Source of the DNA: a virus
Lineage: Duplodnaviria; Heunggongvirae; Uroviricota; Caudoviricetes
Length of the DNA: 64,000 nt
IMG/VR virus record: IMGVR_UViG_3300017691_000005
Location: 30,052 to 94,051 of that record
Strand: one strand, 5' to 3'
Numbering within the stretch: position 1 is the stretch's first letter; each line of letters opens with the position of its first letter. The position numbers and the translations under genes are program-made. The notes beneath the pieces were generated by a model, which saw only the letters and a program-made list of their open reading frames with translations, ran no database searches and had not been told where the DNA came from. Below, piece after piece: positions 62,307 through 64,000 of the stretch.

Positions 62307-62576
62307 ATGGCAGTGTCAGATTTAGATCTCCTTGCGTTGGAGATCGAAGAACATAATATTCCATGTGATTCTCTTTGGCATGAAGAGTTTGCATGGCCTA
62401 TGGAGAGAGCAACTTACATCCTTGATGCTTTCTGCAATAACTGTAGGACCAGTTTCAATAATCTTATGATGGACGATATTTGTATTGCCTACTTAGAAAA
62501 ACGTGGCAGTCATAATTTCCATTGTAGAAAGTGTCGCAAGGTTGGCTCAACGGTATGGTCTTACATCCCAATTTGA
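62307..62576 (+). CDS. Cys-rich protein
   Basis: 89 aa with CNNC...CRKC. Confidence 0.35.
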   Translation: MAVSDLDLLALEIEEHNIPCDSLWHEEFAWPMERATYILDAFCNNCRTSFNNLMMDDICIAYLEKRGSHNFHCRKCRKVGSTVWSYIPI

Positions 62577-62643
62577 TATCTATTTGATACCGAAAGGGAT
62601 ATACTGATCAAATCCCGCCCGCTTGGGTAATTTTAGGAGAATT

Positions 62644-62829
62644 ATGGAAGATACCGCTAGAGTTTTGGAGGAAACTCTAAAAAGAGTTAACATTGCGCTT
62701 GAGAGTGGATCACTGGTAGAGCGTAAGCAGCAACGTGTTCAAGAAAACTTTGACGTTGTACGCAGTAGAATTTCATCTATAGAAAATCGCATGAGTTCAT
62801 TCGATATTAAATATCCATACGGCAACTAG
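62644..62829 (+). CDS. hypothetical protein
   Basis: RBS TTTTAGGAGAATTATG. Confidence 0.35.
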   Translation: MEDTARVLEETLKRVNIALESGSLVERKQQRVQENFDVVRSRISSIENRMSSFDIKYPYGN

Positions 62830-62837
62830 GAGAAACA

Positions 62838-63026
62838 ATGAAAATCACCAAGCCGATCTTTGCTGAGGACATTGCAGTTGGCGACTACCTGTTTGAAGGA
62901 GAGGTAGTTTCAGTACAAGATAATTATGAGAGTACTGAATGTGTTGATGTTTATGTTGAGGGCGAAGATGACCCAATCGTTTATCGATGTGATGAAACAG
63001 TTGAAATTTACCTAGACCGAGCATAA
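62838..63026 (+). CDS. hypothetical acidic protein
   Basis: 62 aa ORF. Confidence 0.35.
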   Translation: MKITKPIFAEDIAVGDYLFEGEVVSVQDNYESTECVDVYVEGEDDPIVYRCDETVEIYLDRA

Positions 63027-63029
63027 CTA

Positions 63030-63068
63030 TTAAGGTGCGGGGCTCAAAAAAGGCTCCGCACTTTTTTA
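63030..63068 (+). terminator. rho-independent terminator
   Basis: GTGCGGGGCTC-AAAAAA-GGCTCCGCAC followed by TTTTTT. Confidence 0.55.
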
Positions 63069-63103
63069 GTCTCATCGTAATACTTTATAAAAATAGGAGA
63101 GAC

Positions 63104-63361
63104 ATGTCCGAGTGCGGGTGTGACCCTGGTGATAATGAGAATGGTTATCACGAAACAAGATCAGATGCCTGTAAAGCAATTGAACTAGAGCAATGGGCTG
63201 TTGCAGTTAAATTAGGTAGACAGATGGCTTATGAAGAGTTTAAAAAGACTCATTCCCGTTTTGACTGTTTAGTGGCTTACCCTGATGAGTATTTTGAAGA
63301 GGCTTGGGAGCGTGCTGAAGAGTCTGTAAATAGATCTATTGAGCGTTCCAAAAGATCTTGA
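63104..63361 (+). CDS. hypothetical protein
   Basis: RBS AGGAGAGACATG. Confidence 0.35.
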   Translation: MSECGCDPGDNENGYHETRSDACKAIELEQWAVAVKLGRQMAYEEFKKTHSRFDCLVAYPDEYFEEAWERAEESVNRSIERSKRS

Positions 63362-63427
63362 GAAACTTTGTTCAAGTTGTTGCATAGACCGACCGATGCA
63401 GGTAATGTTCATTCCAACGAACCGAAC

Positions 63428-63584
63428 TAACCGAGGAGTTGTGACAGATGCTCGCTGACCATTTCGAGGTGGCCCTGAATGAGTGCAACTGCGGTCTGAC
63501 CTTCTCCGACCAGCGACTGTTTGTAGTCCACTACGCCTACATGCAGATGTGCGAGCCCCGGCCGCGTCCAGCCTGAATCGACCG
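63428..63584 (+). other. high-GC mini-cassette 3 (conserved boundaries, one small ORF)
   Basis: about 60% GC; 5' AACCGAGGAGTTGTGACAGATG (18 of 22 identical to cassette 1), 3' CCTGAATCGACCG. Confidence 0.45.
63448..63576 (+). CDS. small Cys-containing protein encoded by high-GC cassette 3 (42 aa)
   Basis: MLADHFEVALNECNCGLTFSDQRLFVVHYAYMQMCEPRPRPA. Confidence 0.25.
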   Translation: MLADHFEVALNECNCGLTFSDQRLFVVHYAYMQMCEPRPRPA

Positions 63585-63610
63585 TTAACATCAATTATTA
63601 AGGAGTAAAG

Positions 63611-63937
63611 ATGAAGCGACGAACTCTTATGGGAGGTGTTGCTCTATGTCTTAGTTTGAGCGCATGTGCAGAACCATCCCCCGAGATTACTTTGGTAAAC
63701 GCTCTTAATGATTCTGGTTACAAGATTAATGAATCTAATATTGATGCTGTCATTTATGAGGCGGATAAGATTTGTGAAATGAATCAGTCTGAATTTGACC
63801 AGTGGTATCGCGCTAGTGTAACGGCTGAAGTTCTTATGTATGGTGAGCCTCGCTATGATGATGATCAGGCTTGGCGTAATTATTGTATTTCCACGATGCC
63901 TGAGGGCACTTATCCAGTTTGGAATTTTAATGGATAG
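63611..63937 (+). CDS. secreted lipoprotein
   Basis: signal peptide with lipobox MKRRTLMGGVALCLSLSAC; RBS TAAGGAGTAAAGATG. Confidence 0.5.
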   Translation: MKRRTLMGGVALCLSLSACAEPSPEITLVNALNDSGYKINESNIDAVIYEADKICEMNQSEFDQWYRASVTAEVLMYGEPRYDDDQAWRNYCISTMPEGTYPVWNFNG

Positions 63938-64000
63938 TTGGATTCGCAAGGACCGTGACGCATGGGGAGAGGAAAGCATTAAGTTGCTTCTTTCTATCTG

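Noticed and set aside
61852-62394. 180-aa minus-strand ORF opposite 61819-62295
   Set aside because: The + strand ORF has RBS and start coupling with the upstream gene and a kinase-like motif. The minus ORF is AT-codon biased nonsense (poly-Ile/Phe/Tyr).

Overview
This window reads as a contiguous piece of a large tailed dsDNA phage genome, almost entirely on the + strand. An actinobacterial host is inferred from a WhiB-like gene, an NlpC/P60 lysin, and GH6-like and pectate-lyase-fold tail enzymes. The phage's own GC is only moderate, about 45% by eye. Gene order along the window:
- end of a tail-fiber module (1-4.7 kb);
- a replication and recombination module (5.8-20.2 kb): HNH endonucleases, metallophosphoesterase, DnaB-like helicase, DnaG-like primase, DNA polymerase III alpha (1093 aa), MazG, RecA-like ATPase, Cas4-like nuclease, RuvC-like resolvase;
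- DUF3310, terminase small candidate, terminase large subunit and an HNH endonuclease (21-24.3 kb);
- two large tRNA arrays (24.5-39.7 kb and 41.4-45.4 kb) with about 30 tRNA genes plus several tRNA-like oddities;
- a second tail-fiber and depolymerase block (45.8-51.6 kb), an NlpC/P60 peptidase, a clear T4-like rIIA/rIIB pair (52.7-55.7 kb), and many small genes including a WhiB-like regulator.
The most notable content sits inside the tRNA arrays. A Ro60/Rsr ortholog (TROVE plus vWA, 28137-29789) lies directly downstream of a candidate YrlA-like Y RNA whose tRNA-like domain is circularly permuted (T-arm, acceptor 3' strand, loop, acceptor 5' strand, D-arm). That RNA belongs to a family of five related structured elements sitting between tRNAs, sharing the motifs GAAGAGTTCGGTTATC and CCCGAAT..ATAACATGACC. 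Separately, three small high-GC (about 60-70%) single-ORF cassettes with conserved 5' (GAGGAGT.GTG.CAGACG) and 3' (CCTGAC..GAGCGACCG) boundaries are inserted at three distant sites. Three tRNAs share a non-canonical T-loop ATCGTTA with covarying stems, and a lone minus-strand HicA-like toxin gene is present. tRNA anticodon calls were made by eye and should be confirmed computationally.
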